Source: an uncultured Candidatus Saccharibacteria bacterium
GTDB lineage: Bacteria > Patescibacteriota > Doudnabacteria > UBA920
Length of the DNA: 64,000 nucleotides
Direction: 5' to 3'
Assembly: GCA_964650255.1 (NCBI GenBank)
Contig: CAZYQT010000005.1
Location: 2,006-66,005 of the forward strand
Shown here piece after piece: positions 39,443 through 48,391 of the stretch. The translations under genes and the position numbers were made by a program. The notes below the pieces were generated by a model. It saw nothing but the letters and a program-made list of their open reading frames with translations, was not told the DNA's origin and ran no database searches. The stretch's first letter is position 1, and each line of letters opens with the position of its first letter.

Positions 39443-41107
39443 TTATTGAACTGTGTATACAGCTAATACTGCTTGGTTAAATTTATTACGCCGTTCTAAA
39501 GTTAGTTTGGCTTCAGGGTGATACTGTTTGAATTTTTTAATATCAAAAATACTAGATTGCGTGAACACGAGCCGGTCTCCTGGCTTGAGATTCTTGAGTT
39601 CCCATGAGTTTTCGGGATCCACCTGTTGGTATGGGTTGCCTTTATCGCTTGTAAAATAATCCACGGTTTGAACAGAGAACTTATCAAGTATAAGGAAAGT
39701 ATTATTTTTGTTGCCCGTGTTGTTTAGATAATCACTGACATTGGTTAAGTCAGACCGGAACGAGTAGAAGTTTTCTGGGCTATTAGCAGCAAAAATAAAG
39801 TAGAGGATGTAGGTTTGTAAGATGAGTGCCGCAATAAATACAATCGTCTTTGCATGAAAGGCAAAAGATAGTAGATTTTTTTGCCACCCCTGAAGATAAG
39901 GCCAGTACTTATTCACCACCCGCGAAGTCCATTCGACAACCCACATTAAACCCACGCTGGACATAATAAATACTACTGGGATAGTACCAATCGCACGCAA
40001 GCCGTGAGGGATACCTTCGGCAGTGGTGATTACAGGGATGAGCATGGCCCAAAACCACCCAGCGAGCAAAAAGTATTTCCAGTCGAGTTTATTTTTTATT
40101 GGAGTGAAGACATACCGGGCCGCTAGGGCAGTGGCGCCGATCAAACCCAAGGCAAAAAATGGAGCAATAATAATAGATAGGAATGCTTCACCAGAAATGT
40201 TGTGGCGCCAATTTAGATCGCCTCCCCAGAAGTAGGCGCGCATACTAGTCCAGAACACTTCACCTAATGTGCCTATTAGATTGCCGTGGTTAAGCGCAGG
40301 GCTAAATACGGATACTTGTCCGCTGCGACCAATAAACGATCCGGCATGTGTCCAGAAGTAATAAGCTATCCATGAGATAAAGACTAAAAAGCTGGCAATT
40401 AGGCCAATAAATGGTCCGAAAAACTTTTTAATATTTTGGAAGCGCGGAGACTTAATGATATCAACAGCCAATGGCCACAAAATTGCAACAGCAACAAGCG
40501 GTACCATTATCCTGTAGGCAATGTAGGTATAAAAACCTAGAGCAAAGGTTGCACCGGTAAGCACCGCCCACATGTAACGTTTGGCTTTGGTGGCGGCTTG
40601 AAAAGCCATTAGGCCAAAAAAGAAAGTGAATGTAGTAAATAAAGGAATTAAATTGGCGCGAAAAGCTGTGCGAGACAAGACTACATGCCAACTCGAAACC
40701 GCCATAAAGAATGATGCCCAAAGGGCAAGATTAGTTGCGCGACTAGTAATGGCATTGGGTTTGTCTCCATCGCGACTGCGGCCAAAGATTTTAAACAAAG
40801 CTCGAGCAACTAAGAAACAACCCAGCACCGCAATTACACCAACTAGAGCTGAAACAATATGATGCTGCCACGGACCTTTGCCAAACAGCTCCACACTGCC
40901 CCATAGCATGTAAAAGAACAAAGCCTCTCGGCCATTGCCGCGCTCGTAAAATGGTTGCAACTGTCCTTGTTGCATCAAGTTAATATCAAGGCCATTAGCG
41001 GCTTCGTCTGGAAACAATCCGCCAGGCATCGCCATAATCTGGTAATACCTAAAGAAGATTGCCAGGGCCATTATGCCGACTAGGAGCCATTTTTGTTTTG
41101 GTGTCAT
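39443..41107 (-). CDS. GT-C family glycosyltransferase (PMT/ArnT-like), second tandem copy
   Basis: GGLFPDEAANG motif, 12 or more TM helices. The track start at 41263 adds a non-hydrophobic extension. I prefer MTPKQKW (41107) or MNSW (41143). Confidence 0.65.
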   Translation of the reverse strand: MTPKQKWLLVGIMALAIFFRYYQIMAMPGGLFPDEAANGLDINLMQQGQLQPFYERGNGREALFFYMLWGSVELFGKGPWQHHIVSALVGVIAVLGCFLVARALFKIFGRSRDGDKPNAITSRATNLALWASFFMAVSSWHVVLSRTAFRANLIPLFTTFTFFFGLMAFQAATKAKRYMWAVLTGATFALGFYTYIAYRIMVPLVAVAILWPLAVDIIKSPRFQNIKKFFGPFIGLIASFLVFISWIAYYFWTHAGSFIGRSGQVSVFSPALNHGNLIGTLGEVFWTSMRAYFWGGDLNWRHNISGEAFLSIIIAPFFALGLIGATALAARYVFTPIKNKLDWKYFLLAGWFWAMLIPVITTAEGIPHGLRAIGTIPVVFIMSSVGLMWVVEWTSRVVNKYWPYLQGWQKNLLSFAFHAKTIVFIAALILQTYILYFIFAANSPENFYSFRSDLTNVSDYLNNTGNKNNTFLILDKFSVQTVDYFTSDKGNPYQQVDPENSWELKNLKPGDRLVFTQSSIFDIKKFKQYHPEAKLTLERRNKFNQAVLAVYTVQ

Positions 41108-41141
41108 ATTTGGTATAATTGGTACTGCTAACCAAGAATTC

Positions 41142-41471
41142 ATGCCATACGATAAGCACACACAAAAAGCCTGGGGCATTGCAATTGTCCTTTTTATTAT
41201 AACACTGGTTGCTGTGTATTTCAAAATGCGCAACGCTCCAGACACTGTAGCTTTACGATACAATATTATCGTTGGCGTTAATCAGATCGGGAGTAAGTAC
41301 GAGTTGTTAAAAATTCCTGCCACTGGCTTGTTAATCGGCATTGTTAATTACTTACTCATTCGATTGCAGAAATTTGATAAATCATTTTTGCCATTTTTGG
41401 CAGCTTTGACCACAGTCATGGTTAATGCCTTTTTACTCATCGCAGTTTTATTTTTATTCCGCGTTAGCTAA
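41142..41471 (+). CDS. Hypothetical small membrane protein
   Basis: Three TM helices. A plus-strand TGgTATAAT at 41111-41119 supports a divergent transcript running into the GT2 gene at 41481. The start is uncertain. Confidence 0.35.
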   Translation: MPYDKHTQKAWGIAIVLFIITLVAVYFKMRNAPDTVALRYNIIVGVNQIGSKYELLKIPATGLLIGIVNYLLIRLQKFDKSFLPFLAALTTVMVNAFLLIAVLFLFRVS

Positions 41472-41480
41472 AGTTTTAAT

Positions 41481-43157
41481 ATGTTCCGCACTCGCACACG
41501 CAGAGAACGATTTTGGGAAATTTTACCTGGCCTTTCCTTTTGGACGGTTTTTTTGGGTTCTATAGTCTTGTCTTTCGTTAAACCAGTTTGGGCAGCGGTG
41601 TTTATTGTTTGTTTTGATTTGTACTGGCTACTAAAGGCTATGAACACTTCGATTCATTTAATTTCGAGCTATCGCAAATTTCGAGTGTACGTAAAAATTG
41701 ATTGGCTTTATTTGATTAGCAAGCTGCAAAATCGGTCTGAATTAATTGAGCATATGGAAGAACTCGGGGTCAAGGCCGTCAAGTCGCTAGAAAAAAGGTT
41801 TTATAAAACCGAGGTAGAGAAGCTGCGCACAATGCCAGATAATGGCGTAATTAAGCGCCCATATACAGACTTCGTGCATTTAATATTAGTACCGTTTGTG
41901 GATGAATCCGAGGAAGTTCTTACATCAACTATCGGAGCTTTGGCCAGTGCTCAGTACCCCCATGATCGAATGATTGTTGTTTTGGCTTCGGAAGAACGGG
42001 CTGGGGCAGAGGCACAAAAAGTTGGCCAAGCCATGCTTGCAAAGTTTAAAGATAAATTTGCACACATGTTTTTAACTGTGCATCCAGATGGCTTGGAGGG
42101 GGAAATAAAAGGGAAGAGCGCCAATGCCAGTTATGCGGTTTCTTCGTTGCTGCCAAAGTTAGAAGAACTTGGCATTGCAGAAGAAGAGGTATTAATTTCT
42201 AATTTAGACAGCGATACTATTGTGCACCCGCAGTACTTTGCGCGCGTGATGTATGCGTTTTTAACTTCTGAAAAACCATACCGCCGTAGTTACCAGCCAA
42301 TTGCGATTTACAATAATAATATTTGGGATAGCCCAGCATTTATTCGCGTGGTGTCCATTTCGAATTCGTTTTGGCAGTTTACTGAAAGTTCCCGACCCGA
42401 CAGGCTTCGCACGTTCGCTTCGCATACAATGACCCTTAAGGCCCTGCGTGAGGTTGGGTTCTGGAAAAAAGATATCATCAATGAAGATGGATTTATTTAT
42501 TGGCAGTGTTACTTGCACTATAAAGGTGATTACGAAGTGGTCCCGTTGTTTATTCCGGTTTCGCTAGATACTTGTCTGGCTGACACTTTTTGGCAAACGC
42601 TGATTAATCAATACAAACAGAAAAAGCGTTGGGCATACAATGTGGAATATTATCCGCATTTGGTGCCAGCCATGTTAAAGAGTAAAGCGCCATTTTGGGA
42701 TCGGATGTATAAGTTGTGGCAATACGTTGAAGGTGATTTTAACTGGGCTACGGCTAGTTTGTTGATTACGGTTTTGGGTTGGCTTCCTTTGTTTATTGGC
42801 GGGCCGGAGTTTAAGGAAACAGTGATTGCTTATAACTTACCGCATGCTACCCGCACTCTAATGACGATTGCAACAGGATTTTTAATTTTCAGTGTGTACA
42901 TCAATTTAATTTTATTGCCACCGCGGCCAAAGAAATACAGTGTGTGGCGTAGTGTGATGATGTATTTGCAGTGGGTACTGGTGCCGATTGTTTCTGTGGT
43001 GTTCGGAAGTTTGCCAGCCATTGAAGCGCAAACTAGATTGATGATGGGTTGGTATTTAGAATTCTTCGTAACGCCAAAGGCCCGCAAAGGCGAAGTAACA
43101 GCTTCTACAATGCGCGAAATGCAAGCCGCAGAAAGCTCAGCAGGAGGGCAAAAATGA
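41481..43157 (+). CDS. Membrane glycosyltransferase family 2, processive-type (cellulose/chitin/hyaluronan-synthase-like)
   Basis: DxD (NLDSDT), Q(Q/R)xRW-like (QKKRW) and multiple C-terminal TM helices. Confidence 0.7.
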   Translation: MFRTRTRRERFWEILPGLSFWTVFLGSIVLSFVKPVWAAVFIVCFDLYWLLKAMNTSIHLISSYRKFRVYVKIDWLYLISKLQNRSELIEHMEELGVKAVKSLEKRFYKTEVEKLRTMPDNGVIKRPYTDFVHLILVPFVDESEEVLTSTIGALASAQYPHDRMIVVLASEERAGAEAQKVGQAMLAKFKDKFAHMFLTVHPDGLEGEIKGKSANASYAVSSLLPKLEELGIAEEEVLISNLDSDTIVHPQYFARVMYAFLTSEKPYRRSYQPIAIYNNNIWDSPAFIRVVSISNSFWQFTESSRPDRLRTFASHTMTLKALREVGFWKKDIINEDGFIYWQCYLHYKGDYEVVPLFIPVSLDTCLADTFWQTLINQYKQKKRWAYNVEYYPHLVPAMLKSKAPFWDRMYKLWQYVEGDFNWATASLLITVLGWLPLFIGGPEFKETVIAYNLPHATRTLMTIATGFLIFSVYINLILLPPRPKKYSVWRSVMMYLQWVLVPIVSVVFGSLPAIEAQTRLMMGWYLEFFVTPKARKGEVTASTMREMQAAESSAGGQK

Positions 43158-44212
43158 GCTACTTCGGCTTCGGCTTGTTCGCGTTTATAATGGCGGTGTT
43201 AATTACGCCAATCGTACGTTTTTTGGCGGAGCGAGTCGGGGCAGTTGATGTGCCTAGGCCGCCGCGTAATTTGCATACTCACACAGTTGCTAAGCTGGGT
43301 GGTTTGGCAATCTTTCTGAGTGTGGCTCTTGGTATGTTACTTTATGTGCACGCTGGAGCAATTGATCCTCTCATTGTGCCGTTTCGATTTGTATGGGCTT
43401 TGCTCTTGGGTGGGGCAGTGTTAATGGTCGGTGGTTTTTTAGATGACAAATACGAACTTCCGCCTTACATCTTGTGGATTTTTCCAACCATCTCTGCGTT
43501 GATAGTTGTTTTTTCTGGAATTGGAGTTGGAATTAAATTTATTAGCAACCCATTTGGCGCGCCGATTAATTTAGACTTCGCTTTACTTGGTGTGCCTGCA
43601 TCTGGTATTTTTATTTTTTTGTGGATGCTGGGCATGATGTTTACCACAAAATTTTTGGATGGTTTGGATGGACTTGTAGCTGGCATTGGTCTAATCGCTG
43701 GTCTGACTTTGTTTGCTCTGTCGTTAACCGATAGTGTGCAGCAACCAATTACTGCGAGTCTAGCAATTATTTTGGTTGGGGCGTTGGCTGGTTATTTAGT
43801 GTATGCGTTTCATCCAGCATCAATATTTCTCGGTGAGGGCGGCAGCACTTTAATTGGTTTTATTTTGGGAGTGCTCTCAGTAATTTTGGGCGGGAAGATT
43901 GCCACGGCTTTGCTGGTTATGGGGATTCCAATTTTAGATGTCGCTTGGGTAATTTTACAAAGACTGTGGTCGCGAAAAAGTCCGTTTCGTGGCGATCGAT
44001 TGCACATTCATTTTAAAATGATAGATTTAGGATTTTCCCAAAGACAGATTGCGTTGCTGCTATATGCACTGTCTGCAGGATTTGGTTTTACAGCGGTGTT
44101 TTTGCAAAGCATGGGTAAGCTTGTGGCCTTGGGAATTCTCTTTGCTATTATGGGCGTAATGGTATTGGGAGTGTTGTATGCGTACAAACGGAAACAATCC
44201 ATTAACGATTGA
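43154..44212 (+). CDS. Polyprenyl-phosphate N-acetylhexosamine-1-phosphate transferase (WecA/MraY family)
   Basis: Ten or eleven TM helices, DDxxE (GGFLDDKYELP) and DGLDGL motifs. The start overlaps the upstream stop (ATGA). Confidence 0.8.
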   Translation: MSYFGFGLFAFIMAVLITPIVRFLAERVGAVDVPRPPRNLHTHTVAKLGGLAIFLSVALGMLLYVHAGAIDPLIVPFRFVWALLLGGAVLMVGGFLDDKYELPPYILWIFPTISALIVVFSGIGVGIKFISNPFGAPINLDFALLGVPASGIFIFLWMLGMMFTTKFLDGLDGLVAGIGLIAGLTLFALSLTDSVQQPITASLAIILVGALAGYLVYAFHPASIFLGEGGSTLIGFILGVLSVILGGKIATALLVMGIPILDVAWVILQRLWSRKSPFRGDRLHIHFKMIDLGFSQRQIALLLYALSAGFGFTAVFLQSMGKLVALGILFAIMGVMVLGVLYAYKRKQSIND

Positions 44213-44270
44213 CTTTGAGTTAAAATTCTGTTAGTATTCCACAGTTACAAAATTCCCTGGAGGTCAAATA

Positions 44271-44669
44271 GTGAAAACTCAAAGAGCAAAGAGAAGTGCA
44301 GATGAGCTTCTACAGGAGCTTGCCATTTTGATGCATGATAAGAAATATGATTCAGTGAGTGACTTGTTAGAGACTTTTCCCGAGTTGATTAACAATCTCA
44401 CACCACGATGCGAGGTCCCATTGGTTATGGCCATTAAATGTTGGGATCCAAAATTGGTAGGGATCTGTATGAAGCACGGTGCTAACCCGACAGAGAAGCA
44501 CCATTGTTCAAAGGACAAAAAGGATAAAATCCCGATTTTAATTACCTTTGAGCAGTTTTGTAAAAGGATCCACAAACTCAAGACCAGGCAAGCTTGGGAT
44601 AGACATTTCAGGATTTACTCCCAGATGATTCTTGAGATGACAGAGGTGGCTCCATTTTCAAAGGGTTAA
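44271..44669 (+). CDS. Hypothetical protein (132 aa) with an ankyrin-repeat-like segment
   Basis: GTG start with a strong SD GGAGGT 7 nt upstream. Contains VPLVMAIKCWDPKLVGICMKHGANP. Confidence 0.45.
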   Translation: MKTQRAKRSADELLQELAILMHDKKYDSVSDLLETFPELINNLTPRCEVPLVMAIKCWDPKLVGICMKHGANPTEKHHCSKDKKDKIPILITFEQFCKRIHKLKTRQAWDRHFRIYSQMILEMTEVAPFSKG

Positions 44670-44679
44670 GCTTTAGTTC

Positions 44680-44708
44680 TTGACAAAATACCGCATTTTC
44701 GATAAGAT
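44680..44708 (+). promoter_or_regulatory. Sigma-70-type promoter for rplU
   Basis: TTGACA, a 17-nt spacer, then TAAGAT. Same architecture as the greA promoter. Confidence 0.45.
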
Positions 44709-44744
44709 TATGTGGTATTTTAATTTATAAGAATCAATATATCT

Positions 44745-45053
44745 ATGTCATTTGCAGTTATTGCCACCGGCGGAAAACAGTATTTGGTTGCCAAAGGTGA
44801 AAAAATTCAAGTTGAAAAGCTAGAAGGTAAAGCCGGGGACAAAATCACTTTTGACCAGGTTCTCGCCACTATTTCAGATAAAGACTACGTTTTGGGTAAG
44901 CCTGCCATCAAAGATGCAGCCGTTGAAGCCAAGATTCTAAAGCAGGGCCGCGGTAAGAAAATTGATGTCTTAAAGTACAAGCCAAAGAGTAAGTACCGCC
45001 GCAAGATTGGCCACCGCCAAGCTTACACTGAAGTCGAGATCACGAAAATTTAA
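44745..45053 (+). CDS. rplU: 50S ribosomal protein L21
   Basis: MSFAVIATGGKQYLVAKGEKI...YKPKSKYRRKIGHRQAYTEV. Confidence 0.9.
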   Translation: MSFAVIATGGKQYLVAKGEKIQVEKLEGKAGDKITFDQVLATISDKDYVLGKPAIKDAAVEAKILKQGRGKKIDVLKYKPKSKYRRKIGHRQAYTEVEITKI

Positions 45054-45065
45054 TTTGATCTTTTA

Positions 45066-45095
45066 AAAGCCACCCAAATGGGTGGTTTTTTGTTT
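45066..45095 (+). terminator. Rho-independent terminator after rplU
   Basis: AAAGCCACCC-aaat-GGGTGGTTTT followed by TTGTTTT. Confidence 0.65.
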
Positions 45096-45107
45096 TCCTG
45101 CGTGGGA

Positions 45108-45136
45108 TTGACTTGTGTAAGTAAATATGGTATTCT
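45108..45136 (+). promoter_or_regulatory. Candidate promoter of the GC-rich single-gene cassette
   Basis: TTGACT, a 17-nt spacer, then TATTCT. A strong SD AAGGAG lies 8 nt before the ATG at 45200. Confidence 0.3.
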
Positions 45137-45199
45137 TTTAAATCTGAAAACAAGCTTACTTGTTTTCGTGATAATAAAAAATACTAAGGAGACAATATT

Positions 45200-45886
45200 A
45201 TGTCAGTTGACACAGTTACGGAATGGCAGCGATGGCTTAGGCAGCAGCGCGAAAAAGGGAATATGCGTTTGTTCGATCATAATCTGAATCTGGAGCTGAA
45301 CGCTTCCGATGATGATGACGGCCGATCCAAATGGGGCGTCGGTAATTCTGATTACACAGGTCATCAGGCCTATCGACGCGATGATTCAGGTTTTTTCGAG
45401 GTCGAGTATGTCCAAGTTACTACTGACGGCAGAGAGGTCGGCGGCTGGTTCCAACCTTTAATCCGAGATTTGCCAGAAGGCGGAATCGCGGTTTTGGGAA
45501 GAGATAACGACTCTGAGCTCTTTTTGGTCAGTATCCGCGAGGAGCCCGGCAATCCGCCAGATAAAAATTATATTCTTTTAGGGCCATCTGCTCAGATGAG
45601 TTTGTCCAATGCTCGAAAAGATCACGGCGGTAACGCGCCGCCGCGGCACGAACTGATCAAAACCGCAATTTTGTTTGATCAGGTTCAGGACGGAGGACGT
45701 TTTAGGAACAAGGTCAATCAGATCGGGTTCACGGTGATCCCCTCGATACGGGATATAACGCTCAGTGATAAGGAGAGAATTTTCACCCGGGCAGAGTTGG
45801 TCGAGGCTATTCGTGCAGGGGAGTGCAACTCTCACCTCGTCGAGATCTTCTCGCGCGTTTCCGCTGACCTGCTACGTCTTCAATAA
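45200..45886 (+). CDS. Hypothetical protein (228 aa), GC-rich. Tentatively an NDP-hexose 2,3-dehydratase-like (EvaA/TylX3 family) single Nudix-fold domain.
   Basis: Own promoter, SD and terminator, and higher GC than its neighbours. Motifs RDDSGFFEVEYV, WFQPLI, GIAVLGR, EPGNPPDK and LGPSAQMSLSNARKDHGG recall (from memory, unverified) the 2,3-dehydratase half-domain. Confidence 0.5.
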   Translation: MSVDTVTEWQRWLRQQREKGNMRLFDHNLNLELNASDDDDGRSKWGVGNSDYTGHQAYRRDDSGFFEVEYVQVTTDGREVGGWFQPLIRDLPEGGIAVLGRDNDSELFLVSIREEPGNPPDKNYILLGPSAQMSLSNARKDHGGNAPPRHELIKTAILFDQVQDGGRFRNKVNQIGFTVIPSIRDITLSDKERIFTRAELVEAIRAGECNSHLVEIFSRVSADLLRLQ

Positions 45887-45915
45887 ATGCTTAGCAAGTT
45901 CGGTCAACCTATTTG

Positions 45916-45956
45916 GGCACAAAGTCAATCAAACGACTTTGTGCCTTCTTTTTTTA
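45916..45956 (+). terminator. Rho-independent terminator
   Basis: GGCACAAAGTC-aatcaaac-GACTTTGTGCC followed by TTCTTTTTTTAT. Confidence 0.65.
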
Positions 45957-45986
45957 TATCCAAAAAATTGCTATAATCAAGCCAAT

Positions 45987-46988
45987 ATGGCTAAGGTAAC
46001 GTTAATTCAGGTGGTTTGGAACAGCCGCAAATTCATTGAGCGGGTGTTTGCTGCAGCGCTTAATCAAACCTATAAAGATATTGAAATGGTTGCTGTAATT
46101 TCTGGCAATGAAGATGGCGGCAAAGAACTTATTCAAGAGAAATTTCCACAAGTAAAAATTATTGACCCAGGTTTTAATATTGGTTTTTCCCGCGGGCATA
46201 ATGAGTACTTTGAAAAAAGTGATTCCGAGTTTTTTCAACTCGTAAATCCAGATTTAATTATGGCGCCAACTTACGTGGAAGAAATGTTGAAGGCCTTTGA
46301 AGATCCCGCTGTAGGCGCAGCAACTGGAAAACTTTTGCGTTACGACTTTGACAACAACAAACCTTTAGATATTATAGATACCACTGGCGTGGTGTTTAGT
46401 AAAAGTGGTCGGGGCCGCGACCGTGGTCAGCACGAAGTAGACAAAGGTCAATACGACAGCTTAACAAAAGTTTTAGCAGTATCTGGTGCGGGACCAATGT
46501 ATCGAAAATCAGCGCTAGAAGCAGTTAAGACAATTGGCGCAGATGGCCGCTCGCAATATTTTGATGAAGACTTTCATTCCTACTGGGAAGATGTTGATCT
46601 TGGTATGCGCATGACGAACGCAGGGCTGAAGTGTGTTTTCGTGCCCAAAGCTGTGGCTTGGCATGGACGTGCAGCAGGATCGAGTAAGGGTGGGTATAAA
46701 AAGTTATTTTCTTACATTAAGTTCCATAATAAAATTAGTCCTTGGGTGAGGCAGCTAAATTACCGTAACCACATTTTCTTATTTTTAAAAAATACTCCTC
46801 GATTTTACCTAAAATTCTTTGCGCGAGAGATCTTCATGTTCGGCTATATTTTATTGTTTGAAACTGCTACATTAAAGGTATTGCCCCAGCTTTTTAAGCT
46901 CCTGCCGTCAATGTGGCAAAAACGCAAAGCCATTCAAAAATCCCGAAAAATCCCCGTAGAAGAATTTGAATCAATGCTCATTAATTAA
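45987..46988 (+). CDS. Glycosyltransferase family 2 (rhamnosyltransferase/WcaA-like)
   Basis: GT-A N-terminus (VTLIQVVWNSRKFIERVFAAALNQTY) and a DxD region. The track ORF begins upstream inside the preceding gene. I place the start at MAKV after TTGCTATAAT (45968-45977). Confidence 0.7.
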   Translation: MAKVTLIQVVWNSRKFIERVFAAALNQTYKDIEMVAVISGNEDGGKELIQEKFPQVKIIDPGFNIGFSRGHNEYFEKSDSEFFQLVNPDLIMAPTYVEEMLKAFEDPAVGAATGKLLRYDFDNNKPLDIIDTTGVVFSKSGRGRDRGQHEVDKGQYDSLTKVLAVSGAGPMYRKSALEAVKTIGADGRSQYFDEDFHSYWEDVDLGMRMTNAGLKCVFVPKAVAWHGRAAGSSKGGYKKLFSYIKFHNKISPWVRQLNYRNHIFLFLKNTPRFYLKFFAREIFMFGYILLFETATLKVLPQLFKLLPSMWQKRKAIQKSRKIPVEEFESMLIN

Positions 46989-47010
46989 TATTTATAAATA
47001 ATTCACACCA

Positions 47011-47901
47011 ATGGATTTAAGCATAATCATCGTTCCATATAAATGTAAGGACAACGTCGACATCACACTCGAGGCGGTTTTTAATTCTAAAACTCAATAC
47101 TCTTACGAAGTAATTATTGTTGATAACGATTCTAAAGACGGCACCGTGGAAATGATCCGCGAAAAGTATTTGAGCAACCCAGAAATTGCCGCTAAAACAA
47201 CCTTGATTGAGAATACTAACGAAGGCTTTGGCAAGGGAAATAATCGCGGTATTAAAATTGCGAAAGGAGAATATGTATTACTACTTAATCCGGACACTAA
47301 GGTTGCAGAAGACAACTTTGAAGTCATGATCAATTTCTTGAAGGCACATCCAAATGTTGGTATGGCAGGATGCAAACTTATTAAGGGCGATGGGGAAGTA
47401 GATTTGGCTTGCCGCCGTAGTGAACCAGACCCACGCGTGTCTTTTTACCGCCTAAGTGGTTTGCAATACATTTTTCCAAAAACCTTTGGTGGTTACAATG
47501 TTTTAGACAAAGGCTTTGACGAGGAAACTGAGATTGATTGTATCTCTGGTGCTTATATGATGATGACTAAAGATTGCTTACGCCAAGTTACTGGCTTCGA
47601 CGAAAGCTTCTTTATGTACGGCGAAGATATCGATCTGTGTCGCAGGGTTCGCCAAGCTGGATATAAAGTTTGGTATTATCCTAAAACTTATTCCTATCAC
47701 TTTAAGGGTCAGTCATCTAAGAAAGCATCAAAGTTTTCTTTGTTCCACTTCCATAACGCCATGTGGATTTATTATAAAAAGTACTATTACCACAAGAGCA
47801 GCTTCATTATGAATGGTTTAGTTTATTTCGGAATTTGGGCACGTTACTATTTAAAGTTGGTTATTAATCATTTCAAAACCGATAAAGCGATTAGTAAATA
47901 A
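47011..47901 (+). CDS. Glycosyltransferase family 2
   Basis: IIIVPYKCKDN...VIIVDNDSKDGT... plus a DxD-like region, GT2_3-like. Confidence 0.8.
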   Translation: MDLSIIIVPYKCKDNVDITLEAVFNSKTQYSYEVIIVDNDSKDGTVEMIREKYLSNPEIAAKTTLIENTNEGFGKGNNRGIKIAKGEYVLLLNPDTKVAEDNFEVMINFLKAHPNVGMAGCKLIKGDGEVDLACRRSEPDPRVSFYRLSGLQYIFPKTFGGYNVLDKGFDEETEIDCISGAYMMMTKDCLRQVTGFDESFFMYGEDIDLCRRVRQAGYKVWYYPKTYSYHFKGQSSKKASKFSLFHFHNAMWIYYKKYYYHKSSFIMNGLVYFGIWARYYLKLVINHFKTDKAISK

Positions 47902-47915
47902 TATTTTGAGTTTTT

Positions 47916-47948
47916 AAAAACCGCGTTTACCACGCGGTTTTAATTTTA
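47916..47948. terminator. Bidirectional terminator between GT2 and the convergent NUDIX gene
   Basis: AAACCGCG-tttacca-CGCGGTTT flanked by A-runs and T-runs. The NUDIX stop lies inside the stem. Confidence 0.55.
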
Positions 47949-48382
47949 TCCCAATGTTTACGGAGTAGGTCGCCATGTTCAGGAACAATATTTTCAGGGA
48001 TTTCTTTGAATACCTGGATGGCTGAAGAGTCTTCATCATGTTTCAGGGTCCCAGAAACTACATCGCACATGAATGTCGCACTAATTGTATAACCGTAGCC
48101 TCGTTCTTTTTCCTCTTCCGGAAAATACATATGATCCAAAAATGATAAGTTGTTAACTTCTAATCCAGTTTCTTCTAGCGCTGTTCGTATTACTGCTGCC
48201 TCAAGAGTTTCTTTAAAGAACACCATGCTTCCAGGAAAATGCCAAAGCCCTTCCCAGCCACCATTTTTGCGGAGCAATAAAACAACTCCGTCCTTACCGC
48301 GAATGACTATATCTACAGTCAGTCGGGTTATTTTTGAGTAGATAGCTTTGTACTCCTCGAACGGAATTGGTTTTTGGCCCAT
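47927..48382 (-). CDS. NUDIX hydrolase (sugar-nucleotide/ADP-ribose type)
   Basis: Nudix box GSMVFFKETLEAAVIRTALEETGLEV (G-x6-E-x7-RT-ALEETGL). Confidence 0.7.
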   Translation of the reverse strand: MGQKPIPFEEYKAIYSKITRLTVDIVIRGKDGVVLLLRKNGGWEGLWHFPGSMVFFKETLEAAVIRTALEETGLEVNNLSFLDHMYFPEEEKERGYGYTISATFMCDVVSGTLKHDEDSSAIQVFKEIPENIVPEHGDLLRKHWDKIKTAW

Positions 48383-48391
48383 AGTATATTG

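Noticed and set aside
41073-41263. Full-length versions of the divergently overlapping ORFs (606 aa GT-C start at 41263; 132 aa plus-strand ORF start at 41073)
   Set aside because: They would overlap by ~190 nt on opposite strands. The GT-C N-terminal extension is non-hydrophobic and atypical. I trimmed both to internal starts (41107/41143 and 41142) but left the uncertainty explicit.
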